Below are positions 18,321 to 26,759 of a stretch of 64,000 bases of DNA, piece after piece. A model generated the notes under the pieces. It saw only the letters and a program-made list of their open reading frames with translations. It did no database searches and was not told where the DNA came from. The translations under genes were made by a program, and so were the position numbers. The stretch's first letter is position 1, and each line of letters starts with the position of its first letter. This DNA comes from Actinomycetes bacterium. GTDB lineage: Bacteria; Actinomycetota; Acidimicrobiia; Acidimicrobiales; JAKAOS01. The DNA lies in assembly GCA_021795215.1 (NCBI GenBank), contig JAJYPS010000001.1, positions 728 through 64,727 of the forward strand, written 5' to 3'.

Positions 18321-19682
18321 CTACCTAGTCAACTCCAACCCCGACTCCTTTGCGTTGTCGAAGGAGTCGTCGATCATCACCACTTCCTTCCCGGCACGGT
18401 CCAGCAGGCTCGCCGCGATGCTGGCACGGAAGCCACCGGCGCAGTGGACCCAAACCGGTCCGGTCGCGGGCACCTCCGACACCCGGTCCGCCACCTCGTG
18501 GATGGGGATGTTCTGCGAACCGGCGATGTGCCCTTCCACCCATTCGTCCCGACGGCGGACGTCCACCACCTGGGGGCGATCGCCATCCTTCATCGCTCCC
18601 GCAAGGTCTGCGAAGGTCGCCACCCGGTAGCCGCAGGTTCCCGCGCCGGCCGCCAGACTCTCGACCGCGCCCACGGCAGCTCCCGCGATCGCGTCGAAGC
18701 CGATGAGGGACAGATCCCGCTGAGCCTTGCGCACGTCTTCCTGAGTCTCTCCGACCAGGGTGATCGGCGTGTTCCAGGGCACGATCCACCCTAGGTAGGT
18801 GACGAAGCTGCTGCTCAACTCGAAGCCGGCCTCACCCCGCAGGTGCTTCGTGGCGAACGCCCTACGGGAACGGAGGTCTATCACCCACTCCCCACGCTCC
18901 AACCTCCGACGCAACTCCCCCGAATCCACCGACGTGACGGGCGGCAGGTCCCCTGCCTCCGGCCCCGCCAGGTTGGCTTCCCCCATATGGGCGTAGTAGG
19001 AGGGGTACGGGGCCAGTGCCGCCAGAAGGCTCTCGATGAAGCGGTCCTCGTCTTCGATCTGGAACGCGATGTTGTCCTTGCGCTCCCGCCCGATGGTGCT
19101 GGAGCCGACCGAGTCGTCCTGGGAGGCGGAGCAGAAGCTGCCGAAACCGTGCGTCGGGTAGAGCTCCACGTCGCCGGGCAGCTCGCCCAGGCGGTGTGCG
19201 CTGCGGTGCTGGCTGCGCGCCAGCTGCTCCGTCAGCTCCGGCGACACCAGGTCCGGCCGCCCGACGGTACCGTAGAGAAGCGATCCTCCGGTGAAGGCCG
19301 CGAACGGCTCCCCACCGTCGCTCACCACGAACGAAACGTGGTTCTCCGTGTGCCCGGGCGTGGCCACCACCTTCACGGTGAAGCTCCCAACTTTCACCTC
19401 GTCGCCGTCCGCCACGGGAGCCCGCTCGAACCGAACCTCGTCGTCGGCGGACACCAGGTACTCCGCTCCCGCTTTCCGCGCCAGCGCCAGGCCTCCGGTG
19501 ACGTAGTCGTTGTGCATGTGGGTCTCCGCTACCGCAGCGATGCGGACGCCGGCGTCCGCCGCAGCCTTCAGCACCCGCTCGATGTCCCTCTGGGGGTCTA
19601 CGACCAGCCCCTCGGTGCCGTCGTGGACGAGATAGCTGCGGTCACCCAGTTCAGGCGTCTCGATAGTTGTCACTTTCAGCAT
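18321..19682 (-). CDS. MBL-fold persulfide dioxygenase fused to two rhodanese domains
   Basis: ETHMHNDYVTGG and TPGHTENH (MBL metal site). The C-terminal rhodanese has the active-site loop VHCAGGFRAS. RBS aggagg lies upstream of ATG 19682. Confidence 0.85.
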   Translation of the reverse strand: MLKVTTIETPELGDRSYLVHDGTEGLVVDPQRDIERVLKAAADAGVRIAAVAETHMHNDYVTGGLALARKAGAEYLVSADDEVRFERAPVADGDEVKVGSFTVKVVATPGHTENHVSFVVSDGGEPFAAFTGGSLLYGTVGRPDLVSPELTEQLARSQHRSAHRLGELPGDVELYPTHGFGSFCSASQDDSVGSSTIGRERKDNIAFQIEDEDRFIESLLAALAPYPSYYAHMGEANLAGPEAGDLPPVTSVDSGELRRRLERGEWVIDLRSRRAFATKHLRGEAGFELSSSFVTYLGWIVPWNTPITLVGETQEDVRKAQRDLSLIGFDAIAGAAVGAVESLAAGAGTCGYRVATFADLAGAMKDGDRPQVVDVRRRDEWVEGHIAGSQNIPIHEVADRVSEVPATGPVWVHCAGGFRASIAASLLDRAGKEVVMIDDSFDNAKESGLELTR

Positions 19683-19803
19683 GAGAGCCGATCCTCCTAT
19701 CGCTCGGCAGCCGGCCGGCCGCCCCGCCAGAACAACGCAGCGCCGACAGGAACATTCCTCCTCCTTGCCTACCCTGCAGCGGACCTACCAACACGACACC
19801 TCA

Positions 19804-19885
19804 CGACGACTCAGTCCCTACGACGACTCAGTCCCTACGACGACTCAGTCCCTACGACGACTCAGTCCCTACGACGACTCAGTCC
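19804..19885. repeat. 17-bp tandem repeat, 4 full copies plus 1 partial (unit cgacgactcagtcccta)
   Basis: Perfect copies start at 19804, 19821, 19838 and 19855, with a partial copy at 19872. Each unit contains the palindrome GACTCAGTC. Confidence 0.95.
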
Positions 19886-20892
19886 GAAGCGCCTCCCTGG
19901 ACCTTTCCGGCTGCCCGGGAGGCAGCCCTCAGCACCCGGGACGAAGTGGTGGCCCTGGCCTCCCAGAAGCTGGCGGCATAGCCCAGCAGTGGCACCAGGG
20001 CGGCGTGGCGATGCTGCCAGGCTTCGGCTTCGTCCCCCAGCCACGCCAGTACACCCTCCGGCTCCTGCTCCAACAGCGATCGCAGCATGAAGCGACGCTC
20101 GCCTGCCCTTGCTCCGACGCCCAGCGACGACGCTGCCAGGGCGAGATCCGATCTGGCAAGCACGATCCCGGTACGGAGCGGAACCATCAAATGGGCGGAA
20201 ACGTCGTCGACCCCGCCCGATCCACCGTCATCCGGATCTCCCAGCGTCAGGCCGGGACCGGCCTCCCGGAGATGAAGCGATACGGTCCGGTCCATCGGTC
20301 GCCGCCCAGCACCACCGCCCTCCACGGAGCCTTCGGCGGCCCGGTCCCCCGGCGAGGCGTCTCCGGGGGAGGCTTCTGCCACGAGCGCCTCGAGCAACAG
20401 GGCCGCCCAGGCGGCCAGCGGCCCTGCTTCGGAACCCAGCCGCCGCGCCACCTGCTCCACCTTCTGGGAGAACAGCGGGATCCACGGCACCATGTGCTCC
20501 CACAGGAATGCTCTACGGGCGTTCGAGACCGGACTGTCTGACCGGCCGCCAGCGCCGCTCGCGCCGCTCCCCGGGCCGCCGCCTTCCGACTTGTCCCTCT
20601 CCCACTCCGCGTCCAGCAGCGAGGCGTAGAGCCCGCAGACGGATGCCAGGTGGTCGGGCTCCGGCGGTGGTGTCGCTCCCAGCACCCTCCAGAACCCGGC
20701 AATGCGATCGGCTGCCTCGCCACCCATCATCCCTTCCGCACCGACGTAGACGGATGCATAGGGATACACCTCCAGCAGGAGGATCTCCGTGTGGACGCCG
20801 GGGGCGGGAGCGCTGTCGAGGCCGAGGGCCCACGCCACGTCGGCCCTCTCGGGCGCCGCCGACTCCGACAGCGACCCGAGCGCCCGCCACAA
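19879..20892 (-). CDS. TorD/DmsD-family redox-enzyme maturation chaperone-like protein with a long C-terminal extension
   Basis: LLEVYPYASVY...PPPEPDHLASVCGLYASLL resembles the TorD-family core. It lies directly downstream of the molybdoenzyme gene. TTG start. Confidence 0.6.
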   Translation of the reverse strand: MWRALGSLSESAAPERADVAWALGLDSAPAPGVHTEILLLEVYPYASVYVGAEGMMGGEAADRIAGFWRVLGATPPPEPDHLASVCGLYASLLDAEWERDKSEGGGPGSGASGAGGRSDSPVSNARRAFLWEHMVPWIPLFSQKVEQVARRLGSEAGPLAAWAALLLEALVAEASPGDASPGDRAAEGSVEGGGAGRRPMDRTVSLHLREAGPGLTLGDPDDGGSGGVDDVSAHLMVPLRTGIVLARSDLALAASSLGVGARAGERRFMLRSLLEQEPEGVLAWLGDEAEAWQHRHAALVPLLGYAASFWEARATTSSRVLRAASRAAGKVQGGASD

Positions 20893-20931
20893 CTCGCCCC
20901 TGGACCTCTCGCCGTCTGTCAGCGCTACCGC

Positions 20932-23847
20932 TCAGAGCTTGGTCGGCAGGACGAAAGCGTCCTTGGTCGGCTTCAGAGGACGCAGCAACCAACGCGGGCG
21001 TCGAGTGCCCAGGGGCGAGACGGTGGTGGCGGGCCGTGCCATCGACATCCACTTCTTGAACACCTGCCGAGAGAGAGCGGTGTCGACTGCCACCTCCCCG
21101 GCCACGTCGCCCGGCTCGGCAGGCCGCACCCGCACCGCCTGGTGCCAGCAGTGCATCCCCGAGACGGGATCAGGATGGACCGGGAACGTGATGTTCTGGT
21201 GGACACCCACGTCGCTCCACCAGATGCGCTTCGTATCGGGGTCGGGAGAGTCGTACGGGCCGATCTCACCCTTCGGGGTCATACGCCAGCCACCCTCGTC
21301 GTGCGTCAGGTTCACCGTCCGCATCATCTTGTTCTCGCCCTGGTTGTCGTGCAGCTTCCAGCGGCCCATGTGGTGACTGCAGGCGACGACCCCGGGCCGT
21401 ATCCCTTCGGTCACCCACGCCTTCGCAACGAAATGGCCTATCTCCGTCTCGACGCGGGTCAGGTCGCCCTGACCGATCCCCAGCCGCGCCGCATCGATCG
21501 GATGGATCCATACCGGGTTGGTATGAGCGATCTCGTCCAGCCACTTGGCGTTGGCGGAGCGAGTGTGGATCTGGACCGGCAGGCGGAATGTGGACATGAG
21601 TGCCATCTGGTCCCGTTCCAGCTGTGAACGGTGCACGTGGCTGCGGATGTAGGTGGGCAGTGCCGCCTCCGCCCATCCCCAGTTGTCCAGTGTCGACGAA
21701 TAGAACTCCAGCCGGCCGCTCGGAGTGGGAAAGCCTCGCAGGATGCTTCCGTCCACCGTGATGCCGACCGGCCGGCGGCCCTCCTCGTCGGGATCAGGAT
21801 CGCCGATCGGCACCACGTTGGGCCCTGCTGGCTTCGGCGCCCGGGTGTAGACCCGCCCGATGTCGTTCACCACGGCATCGTCGATCTCCTCCTGAGGCAC
21901 CTCTCGCTCGTAGAGCGGACCGATGCCCTTGGCGATCTCGAACGCTCCGTAGCGGCGCATGAACTGGAGCGGCGTCAGCCCCTCCTTCGAAGCCGTCTCG
22001 GGCAGGCCCGGGACCGAGTTCTCGAACATCCAGCCGTAGTACTCGTCCACGCTCAGCTTCTGACCGGGCCGGGCCTTCGACTCGTGGTACTTCCGAATGC
22101 CCATGCTGCCGTCCGGATCGATCCTCCACGACAGGTCGATCCAGAACTCATTCTCTTCCCACACCTCACCCGGGTTGACCTGGCGCGTGTCGGTGATCGT
22201 CTCACCCAGCCGCTCCCGTGCCGCCCTCAGCACCGGTTGACGGAACCCCAGCCACTGCCCGTCGTACTGCTCGTAGGAGTGGGTGTCGTGACGCTCCGAC
22301 GAGTGACCCATGGGCAAGACGTAGTCGGCGAAGAACGCCGTCTCGTTCCACGTCGGCGTCAGCGCCACGTAGCAGCCCACCTTGGACTCGTCCAGCAGCA
22401 TCTCGATCCAGCTGAACCCGTCCGGATTGGTCCACACCGGGTTGTAGACCCGCGTGAAGTAGACCTCCAACCGGCCCTTGCCCTCGTCCATCAGATGAGG
22501 CAAGAGGAACGACAGCTCGTTCATCGCAAGGGGGAACTCGACCGGCCAGGAGAGGTCGCTCCAGACGGCCGGGTGGGGCGGCACGTGGATCGGGCGGGGG
22601 ACGAACTTGTTCCACGCGTTGGGGAACGTGCTGCCCGGCGTCGCGACGGCGCCCATGAGCGCGTTGAGCATGAACAGCGTGCGGGATACCTGCCATCCGC
22701 CCAGGTTGGAGGCGGAAGCCGAACGCCAGGTGTGGGTCGCCAGCGCCGTGCCCGCTCCCGAGATCAGCCGTGCCACCTCCTCCAGTGTCGCTGCGTCCAC
22801 TCCCGATTCGGCGGCCGCGAACTCGAACGTGTACGACGAGTACAGCTCTTCCAGCACCTCCTGGAAGCTTTCGAACGTCTGGGGCAGCTCCGGTTTCCGC
22901 ACGGCCATGTACTCCTGCCAGTTCCACCACCGCCGCACGAAGTCCGAGTTGTAGAGCTGGTTCCGGATGAGATAGCTCGCGATCGCCAGGTTGACTGCCG
23001 CCTCCGACCCCGGGTACGTCGACAGCCAGTGGTCGGCGTGCGTGGCGGTGTTCGAGAGCCTCGTGTCGGCCACTATGAGCTTGGCGCCGTTGGCGCGCGC
23101 TTCGGTGATCCTCTGGGCGTGCGGATTGAAGTAGTGGCCGGTCTCCAGATGAGAGCTGATGAGGTATATCACCTTCGCGTTGGCGAAGTCGGCGCTGGGC
23201 CGGTCCATGCCCAGCCAATAGTGGTAGCCGGCCCTGCCGCCGGACGAGCACACGTTCGTGTGGCTGTTGTGCCCGTCGACACCCCAGGAGGCGAGCACGC
23301 GCTCCGTGTAGCCGTCCTCTCCTGGCCGGCCGATGTGGCACATGATCTCGTTGTTCCGGCCCTCTTCCAGAGCCTTGCGAAGCCGAGCCGCGATCTCGTC
23401 CAGAGCAACGTCCCAGCTCACTCGCTCCCACCGACCCTCGCCGCGCTTCCCCGCCCTTCGCAGCGGGTAGAGCACGCGGTCCGGGTCGGTCACCTGGTTG
23501 ATCGTCGCAGGCCCCTTGGCGCAGTTCCTTCCACGTGAGCCGGGATGTTCGGGGTTCCCCTCGAACTTTCGTACCTGCAGTGTGTCCCGATCGACGTAAG
23601 CAAGCAGCCCGCATGCCGACTCGCAGTTGAAACAGGTGGTCGGCACCAGCATGGAACGATGGTGGACCCTCTCCGGCCACGCTCTCGAGTCGAGCTCGAC
23701 CCAGTCGTCCCAGCGCTCCTTCGGGGGAAACGATGCCAGATGCACCCTGGACGGCCCGGGGTAGAACGTCTCGCCCCGACTCTCCACCTGTTGTCTGGCA
23801 GCGCTCACTTCGGCTGCCAGACGCTCGAGTTTGCGGGTCATAGCCAC
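20932..23847 (-). CDS. molybdopterin (bis-MGD) oxidoreductase catalytic subunit, Psr/Phs/Soe-like, with no twin-arginine signal
   Basis: N-terminal FeS0 motif CFNCESACGLLAY...C, HTNVCSSGGRAG (Cys ligand region), 971 aa. The N-terminus MAMTRKLERLAAEV lacks an RR motif. Confidence 0.85.
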   Translation of the reverse strand: MAMTRKLERLAAEVSAARQQVESRGETFYPGPSRVHLASFPPKERWDDWVELDSRAWPERVHHRSMLVPTTCFNCESACGLLAYVDRDTLQVRKFEGNPEHPGSRGRNCAKGPATINQVTDPDRVLYPLRRAGKRGEGRWERVSWDVALDEIAARLRKALEEGRNNEIMCHIGRPGEDGYTERVLASWGVDGHNSHTNVCSSGGRAGYHYWLGMDRPSADFANAKVIYLISSHLETGHYFNPHAQRITEARANGAKLIVADTRLSNTATHADHWLSTYPGSEAAVNLAIASYLIRNQLYNSDFVRRWWNWQEYMAVRKPELPQTFESFQEVLEELYSSYTFEFAAAESGVDAATLEEVARLISGAGTALATHTWRSASASNLGGWQVSRTLFMLNALMGAVATPGSTFPNAWNKFVPRPIHVPPHPAVWSDLSWPVEFPLAMNELSFLLPHLMDEGKGRLEVYFTRVYNPVWTNPDGFSWIEMLLDESKVGCYVALTPTWNETAFFADYVLPMGHSSERHDTHSYEQYDGQWLGFRQPVLRAARERLGETITDTRQVNPGEVWEENEFWIDLSWRIDPDGSMGIRKYHESKARPGQKLSVDEYYGWMFENSVPGLPETASKEGLTPLQFMRRYGAFEIAKGIGPLYEREVPQEEIDDAVVNDIGRVYTRAPKPAGPNVVPIGDPDPDEEGRRPVGITVDGSILRGFPTPSGRLEFYSSTLDNWGWAEAALPTYIRSHVHRSQLERDQMALMSTFRLPVQIHTRSANAKWLDEIAHTNPVWIHPIDAARLGIGQGDLTRVETEIGHFVAKAWVTEGIRPGVVACSHHMGRWKLHDNQGENKMMRTVNLTHDEGGWRMTPKGEIGPYDSPDPDTKRIWWSDVGVHQNITFPVHPDPVSGMHCWHQAVRVRPAEPGDVAGEVAVDTALSRQVFKKWMSMARPATTVSPLGTRRPRWLLRPLKPTKDAFVLPTKL

Positions 23848-23878
23848 GACCGACCTTCCTTTGCCGCCACCGGCGCGG

Positions 23879-25480
23879 TCACGCGAGTGGCACCGACTGA
23901 GCTGCTTGCACGTACGAATGCTCGTGGGGCAGAAGACCGGCCAGAGCGACGAGTCCCGCCCACCAGCCCACGAACGGGGCGAGAACGCCTACGGCCAGCA
24001 TCGCTGCTCCGACCCAGAAGGCACTGGCGTAGCGACCGTGGGTCATCTCCCTGGCGGCGAGATGGGCGTGGGCAGTGGGGTGACCGGTGGCGGTCTCCGC
24101 CAGCCGCAGCAGCAGGTGCGCCGCCGCTGCCGCCGCCACGAATATCGCAAGCGCACCCGTTACAGCGGGCTGGAACGCCACTGCGACAGGAAGCATCGAC
24201 GCAGACCCGGCGAGCACGGCCTCGACCGCCAGATGCGGAGCGAGGATGGGGCTCTGCCACAGGTCCCTCGCCCTCGCCTGGGCGAAAAGGAACGCCGTGT
24301 ATATGGCCGTCGCGATCGCCGCAGGAATGCCCACGAACGCCAGCGCCTGGTGTGCTGTTCCGGAAAGCCCGTGGACGGCCGATGCCCCCAGCAGAGCCGG
24401 CGTCCCGAGCACCGACGTCACCAACTGGGCGGTCAGCACAAGTCCGTAGAGCGAGATCACCACGCTTCCCTTGACCAGCCAGCTTCCCCATTTGTGCTTG
24501 GTGAAGATCATGTAGAACCGGAACGGATGCTTCAGGTCCCAGATGAGCAGCACCCCCGTCACACTCAGGAAGGCGAGCGCTACCAGGGGGGCGGCCCAAC
24601 TGACCAGCGGAGAGGTCCACGAGACGAGCCCGAACGCCGCCAGGAGCGCAGGCACGAGGTATGCGCCGGCCGAGATTCCCTTCGTCCAGGTGTAGAGGCT
24701 CACCCTCCATCCCCAAGGAGCCGTGTGGGCGACGTCGTAGGAAACGACCGCCCGAGGCGCCGAAGTCTCCCGACCGTGGCTCACCGGGTGGCCGGAGTTG
24801 ACCACTTGGGGGCCCTCCAGCATCTGGGACCACATGAACGTGCCGCCGTCCGGCCGCTCCGCCGCAAGAGGATCCAGCGTCGACTGATGGGCTCCCTTGT
24901 AGAAAAGCTTCGGCCTCGTCTTCTTTTCGGGACGCCTCACCGACACCGGTTGCCGGTGCACCGTCTGGGAGACCTTCGACGTGGGGTCCGACAGATCGCC
25001 GACCAGGATCGCCTCGGTCGGGCACACCACCACGCACGCCGGCTCCAAGCCGATCTCGAGCCGATGGGCGCAGAAGTTGCACTTCTCCGCGGAATGGTCC
25101 TCCGGATTTATGAATATGGCGTCGTAGGGGCAAGCCGCCATGCACGCCTTGCAGCCGATGCAGATCCGCTTGTCGAAGTCGACGATCTTGTCCGGCCGGA
25201 TGTACATGGCGCCCGTCGGGCACGCTGCCACGCAGGGCGGGTTCTCGCACTGGTTGCACCTGGTCACCTGGAACGCCCTCCGCACCTGGGGGAACGTCCC
25301 GACGTCGACCGACTTCACGTACGTCCGAGTCACGCCCAGAGGAACGTTGTTCTCGCTCTTGCACGCCGTGGTGCACGCATGGCAGCCGATGCAGCGGGTC
25401 TGGTCGAGCACCTTCACCCATCGAGGCGACCCGTCAGAGCCGCTCGCCACCGTCGGCCGATCCTGGCTCACGCTTACCAA
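23879..25480 (-). CDS. fusion of a four-cluster 4Fe-4S subunit (PsrB/DmsB-like) with an NrfD/PsrC-like membrane anchor
   Basis: Cysteine clusters CIGCHACTTAC, CNQCENPPCVAACP, CIGCKACMAACP and CNFCAHRL...CVVVCP are followed by about 8 helices. TTG 25480 sits 7 nt after aaggagggg. The track ORF runs to 25678. Confidence 0.8.
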   Translation of the reverse strand: MVSVSQDRPTVASGSDGSPRWVKVLDQTRCIGCHACTTACKSENNVPLGVTRTYVKSVDVGTFPQVRRAFQVTRCNQCENPPCVAACPTGAMYIRPDKIVDFDKRICIGCKACMAACPYDAIFINPEDHSAEKCNFCAHRLEIGLEPACVVVCPTEAILVGDLSDPTSKVSQTVHRQPVSVRRPEKKTRPKLFYKGAHQSTLDPLAAERPDGGTFMWSQMLEGPQVVNSGHPVSHGRETSAPRAVVSYDVAHTAPWGWRVSLYTWTKGISAGAYLVPALLAAFGLVSWTSPLVSWAAPLVALAFLSVTGVLLIWDLKHPFRFYMIFTKHKWGSWLVKGSVVISLYGLVLTAQLVTSVLGTPALLGASAVHGLSGTAHQALAFVGIPAAIATAIYTAFLFAQARARDLWQSPILAPHLAVEAVLAGSASMLPVAVAFQPAVTGALAIFVAAAAAAHLLLRLAETATGHPTAHAHLAAREMTHGRYASAFWVGAAMLAVGVLAPFVGWWAGLVALAGLLPHEHSYVQAAQSVPLA

Positions 25481-25656
25481 CTTCGGTCCCCTCCTTGTCC
25501 GGCTCCTAGTCGGCCGGCTTCTGGCCCGTCCGGACTCCGGCTCCAAAGCATGTCGGAGCCGCCCAGCTTGCCCGCTGCTCGGACGACTTCCGTTGCAACC
25601 GTCTCGGTGTACTCCGCCCGCCCCGTCGTCCCGATCCGCCGGACCAGGCTTCGGGG

Positions 25657-25703
25657 CCAATACCGCCAAATCCGCCAAGCTGCCAATACCGCCAAATCCG
25701 CCA
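25657..25703. repeat. 21-bp direct repeat x2 (ccaataccgccaaatccgcca), 26-bp period, upstream of the FeS-NrfD gene
   Basis: The copies at 25657-25677 and 25683-25703 are identical. Confidence 0.9.
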
Positions 25704-25796
25704 CCCTATGGGAGAGCAATCACACGGTACGCCACCTGGGCAGCCGCAGGAACCGGGATCATGCCTATGGCGCCAGAGGCAATCTCTATGGCCCCT

Positions 25797-26759
25797 CTAT
25801 GGCGCCGACGAATGCTGGCGGTCGACAACGCCCTTCACGCCGGGCAGCTGCGCAAGGAGCGCTGCAGCGGCAGGTGCCAGAGCCCGGGACGCAGGCCAGA
25901 GGGCGTGGAGCCGGCGGCTCATGTCCAGACCGGCGACTTCGATCGGGCAGAGGGCGCCCGAAGCGAGCTGGTCCGCCACGGCCAGTCGGCTCAACACACC
26001 CGGTCCAGCCCCACCCGCCACAGCTGCCACTACTGAGCTCGAAGAGCCGAGCTCGAGCCGAGCCTTGAGCGAGGGCGCGCCGACCACGTCGAGTGCCCTG
26101 TCCAGTGCCTCCCGCGTCCCCGAGTCCGGCTCCCTCACCACCAGCGGTGTCGCCACCAACGCAGCGACCGACAGGGGGGCTCTCCGACGCGTCCAAGCGT
26201 GTCCGGGCGGTACAACTACCACTAGGTCGTCGCTTCCCACGACCTTGTATGCCATGTCCCCCGGAAGCTCGGGAGCTTCCACGAAGCCGAGGTCGAACCC
26301 GTCCCGCACCCTGTCCACCACACGAGTCGAGTTGGCGACCTCCAGCTCGGTCCGCACGCTCGGAACGGACCGCTGGAATTTCGAGAGCCATCTCGGCAAG
26401 AGGTGCTCGGCGATGGTGAAGCTGGCTGCCAGGCGCAGCCGGCCGGTCCGCTCCCTGCGGAGGGCCGAAACCCCCGCTGTCAAGTGCTCGGCGGCCTCCA
26501 GGACGCGCTGCGCCCACTCCGCGACCACCGCACCGTCCTCAGTCGGCACCGACCCCGTGGCACCCCGTTCCAGAAGCTTCACCCCGAGTTGGCGCTCGAG
26601 CCCAGCGAGACGAGCGCTCACCGAAGGTTGGGCAAGCCCGGCGGCGGCGGCGGCACGCGACACGCTACCCAGCCGAGACACCAACACGAACAGTCGGAGC
26701 GCTTCCAGGGACGGTAGCGGCGGTGCCGTCCGAGGCGAACGGACGCCCGGATCGTTCAT
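25797..26759 (-). CDS. LysR-family transcriptional regulator
   Basis: HTH LEALRLFVLVSRLGSVSRAAAAAGLAQPSVSARLAGLERQLG followed by a LysR substrate-binding domain. Start chosen at MNDPG (26759). Confidence 0.9.
   Translation of the reverse strand: MNDPGVRSPRTAPPLPSLEALRLFVLVSRLGSVSRAAAAAGLAQPSVSARLAGLERQLGVKLLERGATGSVPTEDGAVVAEWAQRVLEAAEHLTAGVSALRRERTGRLRLAASFTIAEHLLPRWLSKFQRSVPSVRTELEVANSTRVVDRVRDGFDLGFVEAPELPGDMAYKVVGSDDLVVVVPPGHAWTRRRAPLSVAALVATPLVVREPDSGTREALDRALDVVGAPSLKARLELGSSSSVVAAVAGGAGPGVLSRLAVADQLASGALCPIEVAGLDMSRRLHALWPASRALAPAAAALLAQLPGVKGVVDRQHSSAP

Noticed and set aside
19804-19885. CRISPR array interpretation of the 17-bp repeats (and of the 15-bp and 17-bp arrays at 16463 and 42525)
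   Set aside because: The copies are contiguous with no spacers, the units are far shorter than CRISPR repeats, and no cas genes are in the window.
21631-26068. Long plus-strand ORFs (635 aa and 745 aa) opposite the molybdoenzyme and FeS-NrfD genes
   Set aside because: The minus-strand genes carry unambiguous Cys-cluster and MGD-enzyme motifs. The plus-strand products are Arg/Pro/His-rich with no recognisable domains.
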